From Cyanophora paradoxa CCMP329 (taxonomy: Eukaryota; Plantae; Glaucophyta), in the NCBI GenBank assembly GCA_004431415.1, contig QPMI01000493.1:124001-188000 (forward strand): DNA of 64,000 nt. The letters are read 5' to 3'. A program made the position numbers and the translations under genes. Positions 48,635 to 60,600 of the stretch are shown here, piece after piece (the first letter of the stretch is position 1; each line of letters starts with the position of its first letter). Under the pieces are notes generated by a model. The model was not told the DNA's origin, did not search any database, and worked only from the letters and a program-made list of their open reading frames with translations.

Positions 48635-51600
48635 ATGCCGCGTATTAACGTGCAAGGAATCGGGTGCGTGCTCGTCGCCTCTTCAGCGCTGTCGGCCGCG
48701 GGCCCTTCTCCGCGCTAGCGCTCGGTTCGGTATCTTCCACTCCGCGTGACTCGAGCGCGCGCAGGATCCGTATCGGGGGCGCTTCAAGCGTCGACGAGGT
48801 CCTGGATGCGATCCTCGGGCGCGGCGCGGGCCAGGAGCCGGTCTCGGCCCGCCCGCCGCCCGCTCGGCTCTCCGACGCGGCCCTGCAGGAGCTCCTGCCG
48901 TCCGCCGCCAGCTCCGAGAGTGCGCGGTGCCCGCAGAAGCGCTCCCGATCTCCTCTGAGCGCGCGCGCAGTCTCCGGAGCGGCTCGCCTGGCTCTTCAGG
49001 TCCTTTGGGAGTCGGCGGCCGACGCCGACCTTCTGGATCGCTTCTCGGGCTCCTCCGCCGACGAGGAGACCGTCCTGCCCGCGCTCTACCCCGTTGGAGG
49101 CGATCCGTGCGCATCTGCGCATCAACGTATCCCCGTGCGGTCCTCGCGAACGCTTCAGGCAGGACCGTGTGGGAGGCGCTGGCCGGGTCGCTGGGCCTCG
49201 ACCTGCAGGAACCCTCTGAGGACTTTCTGACGGCCGCCGCCCGCGCCTGCGCCGACCTGCACGCGGGCCCACGCCGCGTTGCCTTCGTCGCCGCCGCGGA
49301 CGGGTGCGCCCCCGGATCAAATTCCGCCGCTCCAAAGCTAAGCTTAGAGCAGGGAAGCCGGCGCGGTCGCAGTCGGCCTGGTGGAGGGCGGGCAGCAGGC
49401 CACCGCCTATAGCTACGCCGCGGTCGAGGGCGCCGCCGCCGGCGCGGGCCTGGGCGCCCCCGCCCTCCTCCGCGCGGCCTGCTCCCAGTGCAGCTTCCCC
49501 TCCTCCAAGGTATTCTGCGGCCCTAGGCCTTAATTCGTCTTCTGTTCACCGGGCTCCGCAGGTCGCGAGGGTGGAGGTGACGGCGCTGCCGCGGGAGCAG
49601 CGCGCGGGGCTCGCGGCGTTCGACGGGCGGCCGGCCGGCTCGGGCCCCGCCCTCGTCGACATCGACCGGAAGGCCGGCCTGCCGACGGGCGGCCCGCTGG
49701 GCGGCGCCGCGGCCTTTCTTCACGCGCTGGAGCGGTGCCGCGGCTCTAGCCTCGACTCCCCCGTGGCCGCCGCGGCCCGGGTGCAGCCCTCGTCCTGCGG
49801 GCGGCGGAGGCGCCGAGCCAGCCGGCGGCGCTGCTCCCGCTGAGCGCCCCAGCGAGGCCGGCCTGCGCCGCTCCGCCGCGGCGCTGGCGGCGCTGCTCTC
49901 CGGGGCGCCCACGACGCCCGCGGCCTGGCGGCGGCCATGGCCGCCCGCCGCAGCGGCCTGCCCCGCCGCGCCGCCGTCGTCTTTCGCACGGCGGCCGAGG
50001 CCGCCGCCGCCCTCGCCGCCCTCCGCGCCGGCCGCCCGCACGCCGCCCTCGTCCGCGGCGCCGGGCCCGTCGCCCCCTCCGCCGCGCCGGTCCGCCATCG
50101 CGCCGCCCCTCTCCTGGCCCATCTGCAGGCTCTAACTTTCGGCAGAGGGGAGCGGTCTTTGTCTTCTCGGGCCTGGGCCCGCAGTGGGCCGGCATGGCCC
50201 TCGCCCTCTCAGCCGAGCCCGAGGCGCACGCGGCGCTGCGGGACTGCAACGTGGCGTACGAGCGCGTGGCCGGCGGCCCGCTGCTCCCGCGCTGGCGCGG
50301 CCTCTCCAGCGACGAGATGGAGCACCGCGTCGAGATCGGCTTCCCGGCTGTCTTCGTCCTCCAGGCGCGCTTAAGTGTTCTATGATTCTATTTACAACCG
50401 ATGTCAAGCTTCTTGATGATAAGTTCTGACTTCTGATTTTATGACAGGTCATGCTCGCGAGGCAGCTCGCCGCCTGGGGCGTCAAGCCGACCGCCGTACT
50501 GGGGCACAGCGCCGGCGAGGTGCCCCCCCTCCCCCTCCCCCCCCCCTTCCCCCCTCCTCCTAAGCCCCCCCCCCCCCCCCCCCGCCCCCCAACCCCCCCC
50601 CCCCCCCCCCCGGCCCCCATCCGTCCCCCACCCCTCCTGCTATCCCCTCACCCCCACCGCTCCTGCCTACCTTCCCCCTCACCCCCTCACACCTTCACCT
50701 CCTCAGATTGCGGCGGCGTACGTCTCGGGGCGCCTCGGGGACCTCCGGACGGCCATGGCGGTCGCCCACCACGTCGGCCGCGCCCTCCAGGCCCGCCTCT
50801 TACTCTACTTTGGGATCCCCTGAATTCCCGCTCTGAGTTGGATTTGATGTGATTGCAGGCCGCGTCGGGGACGGGCCGCCTGCTCGCCGTCTCGCTCAGC
50901 GCCGCGGACTTCGCCGCGAAGTACGGGGACGCCTTCGATGAGCAGTTCGAGGTGCCCTGAGGCTTCCGCTTGTGAACTGATCGCGAATCTTTGGGATCGA
51001 TCGCCCTGGCAGGTGGCTGCCGAGAACGCCCCGGGCAACTGTACCCTCGCCGGCACCGCGTTCGCCCTGGAGGAGATGCAGCGGAAGCTCCAGGCACCTT
51101 CCCTCCCCCCCCCTTCTCCCCCCCTTCTCCCCCCCTTCTCCCCCCCTCTCCCCCCGTTTGAGAGCCGCCCCTTCTCGCGATCGTTTCTCACGCGTACCCC
51201 AGGCCGACGGCGTCTCTGCCCGCCTGCTCCGCGGCTCTATCGCCTTCCACAGCAGCGCCCTGGATCCTATCCTCCAGGTACCCCCCTCAATTTCTAAAAC
51301 CTTCTGCGCCCGGATTCGAACCCCGGTTCGCAGTCCTTGGAGGCGTCCCTTGATGAAGTCTTCGCCGCCGCCGCCGAGCGCGCCGAGGAAGAGGTGGGCG
51401 GGGGTACGCCGAACTTGGGGCAAGGGTCCTTGACTCACGGTCTCGCGCAGGGCAAGCCCTGGCCCCCCGAGCCGACCTGCCCCTTCTACGCCGGGTGCCT
51501 GGGTACGCGAATTCCCTCCGCGATTTCGCTCAGCCCCGCCAACGCGCGCCGCGGCAGGCGCGGCGAGCTGCGAGGAGGGAGAGTGCCTTACGGCCGACTT

Positions 51601-54600
51601 CTGGGTCCGCTCCGTTCGCGACCAGGTGCCATTTACCCCCAATCCCATCATACCCTGCGCCTTCATTCTGGTGCAGGTCCGCTTCGGCGAGGCGGTGGCC
51701 TCGTGCTTCTACGCGACGGAGCCGCGCCCGTGCTTCGTCGAGCTCTCGCCGCACCCCGTCCTCGTCAACTACGTCGCCGCCTCGGTGCCCGGCGCGCTCG
51801 CCCTGCACACGCTGCACCGCGGCGAGCCCGACGAGCGCGCCTCGCTCCTACGCGCCGCCGCCGGCCTCTACGTCGCCGGCGCCGCGCCCGGCCTCTGCTG
51901 GCCCCTCCTCGCGGGGGCCGCCCCACCCGCGGCCGCCGCCGCCGCGGCGCGCCTGCCCGGCCCGCGGGAGTGGTGGGGCGCCGAGGGCGACGCCCCCGAC
52001 GACGCCGCCGACGAGGCGCCGCTCCCCGAGCGCCTCCGCGCCTTCACCGCCGCCGTGCGTACGAATTTCTGCATTTGATCGCTATCGAGATAAATTGGAA
52101 TTTCTTAAAAAGAACCGTCAAATGCTTTATAGAAGTCGCAATCATGACCCAACTGTTATGAAGCGGAGATTACTGAACAAACTTAATGCTTCTCGCGCCG
52201 ATGGGATTTAAAGATTTAAGCAATTGTATTCAGAGAACGTTCGAATGCGGCGCGTGCGCAGCTGCTGGGCGTGGGCCCCGAGGAGCTGGACCCGACCCGC
52301 CCCCTGCGCGAGTACGGCATCGAGTCCATCTCGGCCGTCCAGCTCAAGCGCGCCCTCCCCTCTTCCCTTGGATTTCCGGTCCCGCCTTTCCTAACTCCTG
52401 GACCGCAGGTTCTGGATCGACGAGAACGTCCGCCCGGACATCATTTCGCAGGTCTTCGATTTCATCATTCGCCCCCTCTCGTCCGCTCTGATTCGTCCGT
52501 CCGGCGCGGGAAGGTGGAGCTGGTGGAGGGCCCCTCCCTGGCCGCCATCGAGGCCCGCTTCGAGGCGCTGGAGGCCGCCCCGGCCCCTGCGGACCCCTTC
52601 GCCGCCGCCGCCGCCCGCGCCGGCCCTGGCTCGGTGGGCGAGCGCGAGGGCCAGCGGGAGGCCTCGCCCCAGGAGGAAGGTGCGCGCCTGCAATTCGAAA
52701 TAAGCCAAAAACCTTCTTCCTTAAGATTCTTCTTCTTCTTTAGAGCCTGAAAGAATTCTTCCTTGAGCTGACAGCGCGGCAGGCATGTACATGGTGCAGC
52801 TCTCGTCGCCGGACTCGGCGGGGCCCAACGTCTGCTGGGCCGTCCTCTTCGAGGGGGACCGCCCCGCCCCCGGAGACGTCCTCAAGGTAACCTGACGCTT
52901 TGCTTCGCTTAAAGATTCCGGCCCTGATTCGAACCTCGGATAATACCTTAGGCGCTGCTGCACGTCGTGAACGACGACCCGATCTTCCGCACGCGCTACA
53001 CGGTGGGCGCGGAGGGCATCGTCGCCGTCGTCGACCCGCCCCTCCGCGCCGCGTCGGCGCTGCCCGTCGAGGCCGCGCGGGCCGACTCGCGCGCGGCCGC
53101 CGTGGCGCGGTTCGAGGCGGTCGCGGGCCGTCCGTTCTCGCTGGAGAGCGAGCCGCCCCTGCGCGGGCTCGTCTGCGACGTCCCGGGCGGCCGCCTCGTC
53201 GGCCTCTCCATCCACCACATCGCCATCGACGGATTCGGCCTCTCGATCCTCTCCCGCCGCTTTGGCGACGCCCTCCGCAGCGTCCTTGCGGGGCGACCGC
53301 CGGCGCCGGCCGTGCGCGCCACGTACGGCGACTTCGCGCGGGCGCAGCTGGCGCGGTGCGTGCGCCGTCTAGATTTATACTTCTTTTCTTCTTGATTTTT
53401 CCGACGAGTCTGTTCTTTCTCTCTTTCTTTAGCGAGGAGGAGGTCGAGGCGGCGGTGGCCGCCCTCACGCGCAACCTCACCAACGACCTCGAGGTGCGCT
53501 TTTATTTCTTCACGATCGCCCCAGCTTGAGCTTCTCCCGGAGTCCCCTCTTCTTCTTCTTATTCTCCAAGACGATATTGGATATTAGCCTCCTTCCTAAA
53601 AAGCTGCCTTCCTAACGACCAGCTTATCACCAACTCGCGATCGGGCGCGCAGCCCCTCGATTTCCCCGTCGACGTCCCCGCGGCGCACGCCAAGGCGGCG
53701 GGCGGCCCCAGCGGCCAGGCCGCCGGCCACATCCAGTTCAGCCTCCCCGCCGATCTCGTCAAGGGCCTCGAGGTGCTCCGTTTCGCTCTCCTGCAGCGCC
53801 TTAGATTCCTCCCTCGAGCCGAGCCGAGCCGCGATGGCAGGCGGAGTCCCGCCGGAGCGCGACGCGGACCAAGTTCTCGCTCCTGCTCGCCGCCTTCGCC
53901 GCCCTCCTCCGCCGCTACACGGGCCGCGAGGACCTCCTCATCGGCTGCCCCTTCGCCAACCGGTGCGCCCCGGCCCGCTTCGACTTCCCCTCTGTGTCTA
54001 TGCCCGATCGCGACCGGGCGCGCACGCTCGCCCAGCTCCTCCGCGTGGTCGTGCGATGTCGTCGGGCTCTGCATCAACACGCTGCTGCTGCGCGTCGGCG
54101 TGCCTTCCGACTGCAGCTTCGCCGCCCTCTGCGACCGCACGGCCGAGGCGGCGCGCTCGGCGCTCGCGAACCAGGCCGCGCCGCTGCAGCGCGTCGCGCG
54201 GCACCTGCGCGCCATCGGCGTCGACAGCGCAGTCACGGGCGAGGTCCTCTTCGCGCTGCAGAACCTGCCGGCGCGGGACGTGAGCGCCGGCGAGGGCCTG
54301 GCCGGCCGCTGGACGCCCGCCTACGCCCCGCACTCGTCCTTCCCGCTCGCCCTCGAGGTCTTCGAGGAGGACGGCGGCATGCGCGGTGCGGCTTAAACGC
54401 TAATTTGTCTTAAAGCTTCTGAAAGCTTTCTCATCCTCGAGCCGCGGCCGCAGTGCACATCATGTTCTGGAGGGCGCGCTACACGGAGCGGCTCATGCGG
54501 CAGTTCGGCGAGCACTTCGTCGCCGTCGTGCGGGCGGGGCTCGCGCAGCCCGACTCGCCCGCCGGCTCGCTGCCCATCATGGCCCCCGCCGAGCTGCGCC

Positions 54601-57600
54601 TCGTCACGTCCGACTTTGCGGACGGGAGCGTCAGGGACGGGCCGCTGCAGCAGAAGCCCGCGTGCATCCACGCCGCCTTCGAGCGGCAGGCGCGCCAGCG
54701 CCCAGAGGCGGTGGCGCTCGCCTTCAACGCGCGCGAGGTGACGTACGGCGAGCTGGACGCGTGGGCCGAGGCCATCGCCGCGCGCCTGGCCGCCGCCGGC
54801 GCGCGCCGCGGGGGAACGGTCGCCCTCCTCCTCTCCCGCACGCCCGAGATGGTCGCCTCCCTCCTCGCCGTCCTCAAGGTGCCTTATTTCACGATCACGA
54901 TCTCGCCTTTTATTTCTGAGCCGATTCGCGCAGACGGGCGCCGCGTACGTGCCGATCGACCCGAGCGTGCCGGCCGAGCGCGCCCGTTCGATCCTCGAAG
55001 ACGCCGAACCGAAGGTGCGACCTGAAGAGAATTAACCTTGGATGCCCGAATCCGACGGCTCTGTGCGCGCAGGTGCTGATCACGAACCTGCCCGATGTGA
55101 CGGCGATCGCCGGCGGCCTGCCCATCCACGTCGAGCGCGTCTCGGGCGAGGCGCTCGCGGCCCCGGCCGCCCCCGCGCAGCGCGAGGCGCCCACGCCCGA
55201 CGATGTCTGCTACATCATCTTCACGAGCGGCACCACCGGAAAGCGCGTCGCACTTTCATTCCCGCCCTTGTCGCACCGTTCGGATTAAATTCTAAGCGAT
55301 TGTGCGATCCGCAGGCCGAAGGGCGTCGAGATTCGCCACTCTTCCGTCACGGCGCTGGTGCGGGCTGCGAGCTTCGCGCCCTTCTAATCTCCGCGCCCAT
55401 CCCGCCGGCCGCGGGCAGATGGAGGCGATGGGGCTCAAGTTTGGGACGGAGGCCGAGGGCGCCACGACGCTGCACCACACCTACCAGTTCGACGCCAGCG
55501 TCTGGGAGATCTGGGTCCGCCTCAGCTTGTATCGAGCTCGTGCCGCCGGCGCTCGGAATTCGAAGGTGGCTGACATCGTCCCAGGTCGCCCTTGCGTTCG
55601 GCCGAACCCTCGTCATTGTCCCCGAGGTCCGCTTGCCCGGGCTGTTCTCGAATTTCCGGATTTCCGAACTGCTCGCACCCAGATCGTGGCAATGTCGCCG
55701 CACGACTACGTCGACCTGATCGCGGCCCGCGGCGTGACGCACATCCTCGCCACGCCCTCCTTCTTCTCCGTCATGCTAGAGTCCGGCTGGGCCGAGCAGG
55801 CGCGCGCCCCCGCCCGCCCGCCCGCCCTTGTTTCGTGCTTTCTCCAATCTAAGGGCCGGGCCCGCAGCGCGCCAAGATGAAGATCCGGCACGTGACGGTG
55901 GGCGGCGAGGCGGTGCCCTTCGAGCTCGCCCGCCGCTGGCGCGCGCTGGCGCCGGCCGGGGCGACGCTCTGGAACGTCTACGGCCCGACGGAGATCACGG
56001 TCGTCTGCACGGCGGGCCCGCTGGACGAGCGCTGCCTCGAGGCGGGGCGCGTGACCATCGGGCGGCCCTTCCGCGGCTGGTCCTGCTTCGTGTGCGTCCA
56101 ACCTCGACTCGCCGAATTTCTGCGGAAATTCAGAGCGCTCCGCAGGGTGGACAAGCAGGACCAGCCGGTCCCCGTCGGCGTCTGGGGCGAGGTCGGTGAC
56201 GGCCAACTGGAGAGGCGAAGTCTCAATAAATTCTTTGCTGACGCATCTCCGGCAGCTGCTGGTGGGCGGGGCCGGCGTGGCACGCGGCTACGTCCGCAGG
56301 CCGGACCTCACCGTGCGCGTTCTGAATTTCCTCGTTTTACGCGATTTTCTGTCCTGGCTGATCATGAGCCTTGGATTTGCAGGCATCCAAGTTCGTGCCG
56401 TGCCCCGTGCAGTGGACCGGCCCGGGCGACGGGCCCGTGTACCGGACGGGCGACCTCGTCCGCTGGACGGCGGAGGGCGAGATCGAGTTCCGCGGGCGCA
56501 TCGACCTCCAGGCGCGTCAACTATCTAAAACCAAAACGCGAATCTAATCCAATATTCCTATAGCTAGCTTCGGATCTGCGCCGCGCGCCTTTTCAAGATT
56601 TCTGATCCATGTACAGGTCAAGATCCGGGGCTACCGCGTGGAGCCGGGCGAGGCGGCTGCGGCGCTGCTCAAGCACGCCTCGGTCCAGGACGCCTACGTC
56701 ATCCCCTACAAGCCCGCCGGGTCCGTCGGCCGCTCTCTCTTTACTTGACCGACGTGTCCGGCAAACGTCCTCGGGCCCGTCGTTCTCTTCTAACGGAAGG
56801 CACGACAGGCCCGACGAGCTCGCGCTGGCGGCGTACGTCGTGCTGCGGACCTTCCCCTGCGAGACGGAGAAGAATTCGATCCGCGCACACGCCCGCGCCT
56901 CCCTGCCCTCCTGTCCGCCCCCGCCATCGCAATTGCAGTCGTTTAATTTCCGTTTCGTTGCAATTGCTGACGAGTTGCCGTTGTCCGGGCAGACATGGTC
57001 CCCTCGGCCTTTGTGTACCTCGACGAGCTGCCCATGACGGTCAGCCCGATTTCCGAGGGAAATCTTTCCAAATCTTTTGAAGGCGCTGAAGAGTGCGCGC
57101 AGACGAACGGCAAGGTGAACGCGAAGGCCCTGCCGCCGCCGGACCAGGCGCAGCCGCAGGCGGACCCGCACCTGCCGCCCACCTGCAGCACCCGCCGCTC
57201 CAGCAACAGCAGTTCGTCTGGGGCGACCCCGCGCCGCAGCAGCGTCCTCGCGGGAGCGGGCCAGCCGAACCGCCGGGGGAGCGCGCTAGGCAGCCGAAAG
57301 GCCAGCGTCATGGGCGGCGGGCGGCGCCCAAGCGTCCTGCCGGCGTCGCTCCGGAGGGTTCATGATCACTCCCCGTCGCCGAAGCCCCGTCCCCTGCTCA
57401 AGCAGGCCCTCTCCAACGCGTCCAACATCTCCAATGTGCATGATTTCTGTTTCTGTGCGTCCATGCCTTCACGACTTTTGACGCCACGGCCGCTGCAGGC
57501 GTCCACCGGCGTGCTCTCGCCGGCAGCTTCCGTCGGCATCCGGAGCGCCCCGTCGCAGTCTGGCGCAGACTCCGCTGTGGAGCTGGCAAGCCCCAGCGGC

Positions 57601-60600
57601 GAGGGGCCGCCGTCGCCCGTCGCGACCGGCCCGCCCCGCGCGACGCTCTTCGAGCGGGCGCCGACCGTCTCCGTCTCCGCCCCCTCCGTCCTGCGCACGA
57701 CGCTGAAGGCCGTTGCGCTCTTCAAAGGCCTCGGCAACAGCAACAAGGCGACCTCGCCCGGCGGTAACTTCCTGCAGGGCTCCGCCAGCATGCGCCTCGA
57801 CCGCGCACTCAGCGCCCGCTCGAATTCCATCGCTGGCCATGGCCGCGCCGGCTCGATCTCTGGATCCGGCTCCCGGCCGGTGCGAGCTCGAGCGCGCGCG
57901 AGCGCCGCTGCCCCCGCTATGAATCGAGGTCTCGATCGCCCCGCAGGGAGTGCACTTTGCGGTGCCCGAGGGGGAAGAGGCGGCCGATCGCGAAGCGCAA
58001 GCCAGCCACGCGGTGCGCCCGAGCCGTCTCTCGAACTCCCGTCGCGTGCGGCTTACTCGCGGCTGCCCGCAGCCCCGGTCGCCCCTCGAGCCGGCCGCCT
58101 CCATCCGCTCGGCCACCGCCTCCAACCTCGAGATCATCGTGGCGGAGGCGATGTCCGAGGCGCTGAGTGGGCACGTCGACATCGGCCGGCACGACTCGTT
58201 CTTCGACATGGGCGGTGCCCCATTAATATTTTTGCGTTTGGTCGATTTCGCATAGAATATTTTTGCGCGCGCAGGGCACAGCCTGGCGGCGACCAAGTGC
58301 GTGGCGCGGCTGCGCGCGCGCTTCGAGGTGGACGTGCGCGTGCCGGCCATCTTCGAGCACCCGACGCCCGCCGGCCTCGCCGCCCACGTCTCGGCGCTGC
58401 TTGCCGCCAAGTTCGGCGGCGGCGGCGGCGCGGGCGGCGGCGCCGGCGCGCAGGAGGCGAAGCTCCCGACCATCGCCTCGCTGCCGGCGGGGCCGGACGG
58501 CGAGCGGCAGGCGCCGGCGAGCGAGGGCCAGCAGCAGCTGTGGTTCCTGGCGCAGCTGCAGCCGGGCTCGGACGAGTACAACGTGCCGCTGCCGCTGCTC
58601 GTGGCGGGGCCGCTCGACGTCGGCCTGCTGGCCCTCGCCGTCGGGCAGCTCGTCGCGCGGCACGAGGCCCTCCGCACGACCCTCGCGATGGACGGCGACC
58701 GCCTCGTACAGGTCGCCGCGCCGGCGGCGGCCGCCGCCGAGCGCGCGGCCGGCGAGGCCCTCCGCGTCCGCGAGGTCGCGCAGGCGTCCATGGACGACGA
58801 AATACGCGCGGCCGGCGCGCGGCCTTTTGATTTGCAGGCCGGGCCCCTCTTCGGCTGCACCGTCCTGCGCGTCTCCGACACGTACTACGACGAGGTCATT
58901 TATCCATTTGCGAGTTTTGCTGCTGACGTTTATTGAGAGCTTTCCAGGCGTGCCACGTCGTGATCCTCGCCGCCCACCACGCCGTCATCGACGGGGCCAG
59001 TGCGCCCGCGCCTTCAATTTCTCGAGAGTTTTCCTCGCGCGCCGCCCGCGGCCGACGGTCTTGCAGGCCTGGCCTCGCTGCTCCAGGAGCTGGCGGCGCT
59101 GTACGGCGGCTACGCGCGGCTCGCGCGCGAGAAGGGCGCGCCGCCGGCGGTGCGCGAGGTCTGCGGGGGAAGCAGCCCGGCCCCGGCCCCGGCCATCCTC
59201 GGCGCCGCCCTCGGCTGGGCACGCGACATCGCGGCGGGCATCCTCGCGCCTGTGGCGGTGCAGTACGCCGAGTACGCGCTCTGGCAGGCCGCCTGCCTGC
59301 AGGGCGCCTACCTCGAGAGTGGCCTCGCCTTCTGGAAGAAGGCGCGCGGTCTTTGATTTTACTCTATTATAAGCACGAGAGTTTGCGGTCTATATTTTTA
59401 CTATGCGGTCTAGGGCTTTACCATAAAGATGACTTGCAATAACTACGCGGTCTTTTTCGCTTCTGACAGCTTGCGTGAGCAGACGCTGGCGGGCGTTCCC
59501 GCCATCGAGCTCCCCTACGACTTCGTGCGCCCGGCGGGCGCCCCGAAGGTGGCCGGCACGGCGCGCTTCAGCGTGCCGGGCGAGGTCATGGCGCTCGTCG
59601 ACCGCTTCTCCCACTCGGCCAAGTGCGCAGATTTCCGCCCGATTTCCGTCCGTCTGATGGCCTCGCCCGTCTGACGTCGACCGACGCGTCGCAGCTGCTC
59701 GCACTACATGGTCTTCCTCGCCGCCTTTGCCCACGTGCTGCAGCGCCTCGCCGGCGCCGACGACTTCGCCATCGGCACGCCCGTCGCGGCCCGGCCCCTC
59801 CCCGAGCTCGAGACCACCGTCGGCTACCTCGTCAACACCGTCGCCATCCGCTCCAAGTGCCCTTCCCTATCACAAACCCAGTCTGCGCGCCGCTCGGCTG
59901 AGTCTGTCCGTCCGTCTGTCCGTCCTCGCCACGCCGCCAGGTTCGAGCGGTCGGCCACGTTCGCGGCGGCCGCGAAGGCGGTCCGGGAGGCGGCGCTGGG
60001 CGCCTTCGCCCACGACTACGTCCCCTTCTCCCGCGTGCGCATGCGCCCTATCTGCTAAATTAGAACTTTGTCGCGTACAGTTAGGCAGGAGCGAATCTAT
60101 TTGAGGACGTGAGGCCTAGGCTTGGCATGGGTCCTGCCATAGTTGGAATTGCTCCAGCTTCGGTTTTCGCCGATCGCGAAATTTTGATTGGCTCGAATAT
60201 TAACTTTGCGCGCGCAGGTCGTCTCGGCGGTGCAGGCGAACCGCGACGCAGGCCGCAACCCGATCTACCAGGTCCTCCGCTCTGCACTCGACCTTGGCAC
60301 TCGTAGCTCGCTTTTCGTGGACGGCTGACTTTAGCGCCCGTGCAGGTAATGTTCGCGGTGGAGTCGTGGACGGAGCTGGCGGTGGGCGACGGCGACGGCG
60401 TCCTTCTCGACGAGGAGCGCGAGACCACCGCCGAAGTCCTCAGGTGCCTTCCACGTTTTAGTGATTTGGTAGAGATTACGCGTGTACAATTTACGCGTCC
60501 TCCGCGCAGCTACGACTTCGCCACGCCTAAGTTCGACCTGAGCCTGACGGTCGCCGACGCGGTCGGCGTGGCGGACGACCCGCGCGCGGCGGCGTGCAAT

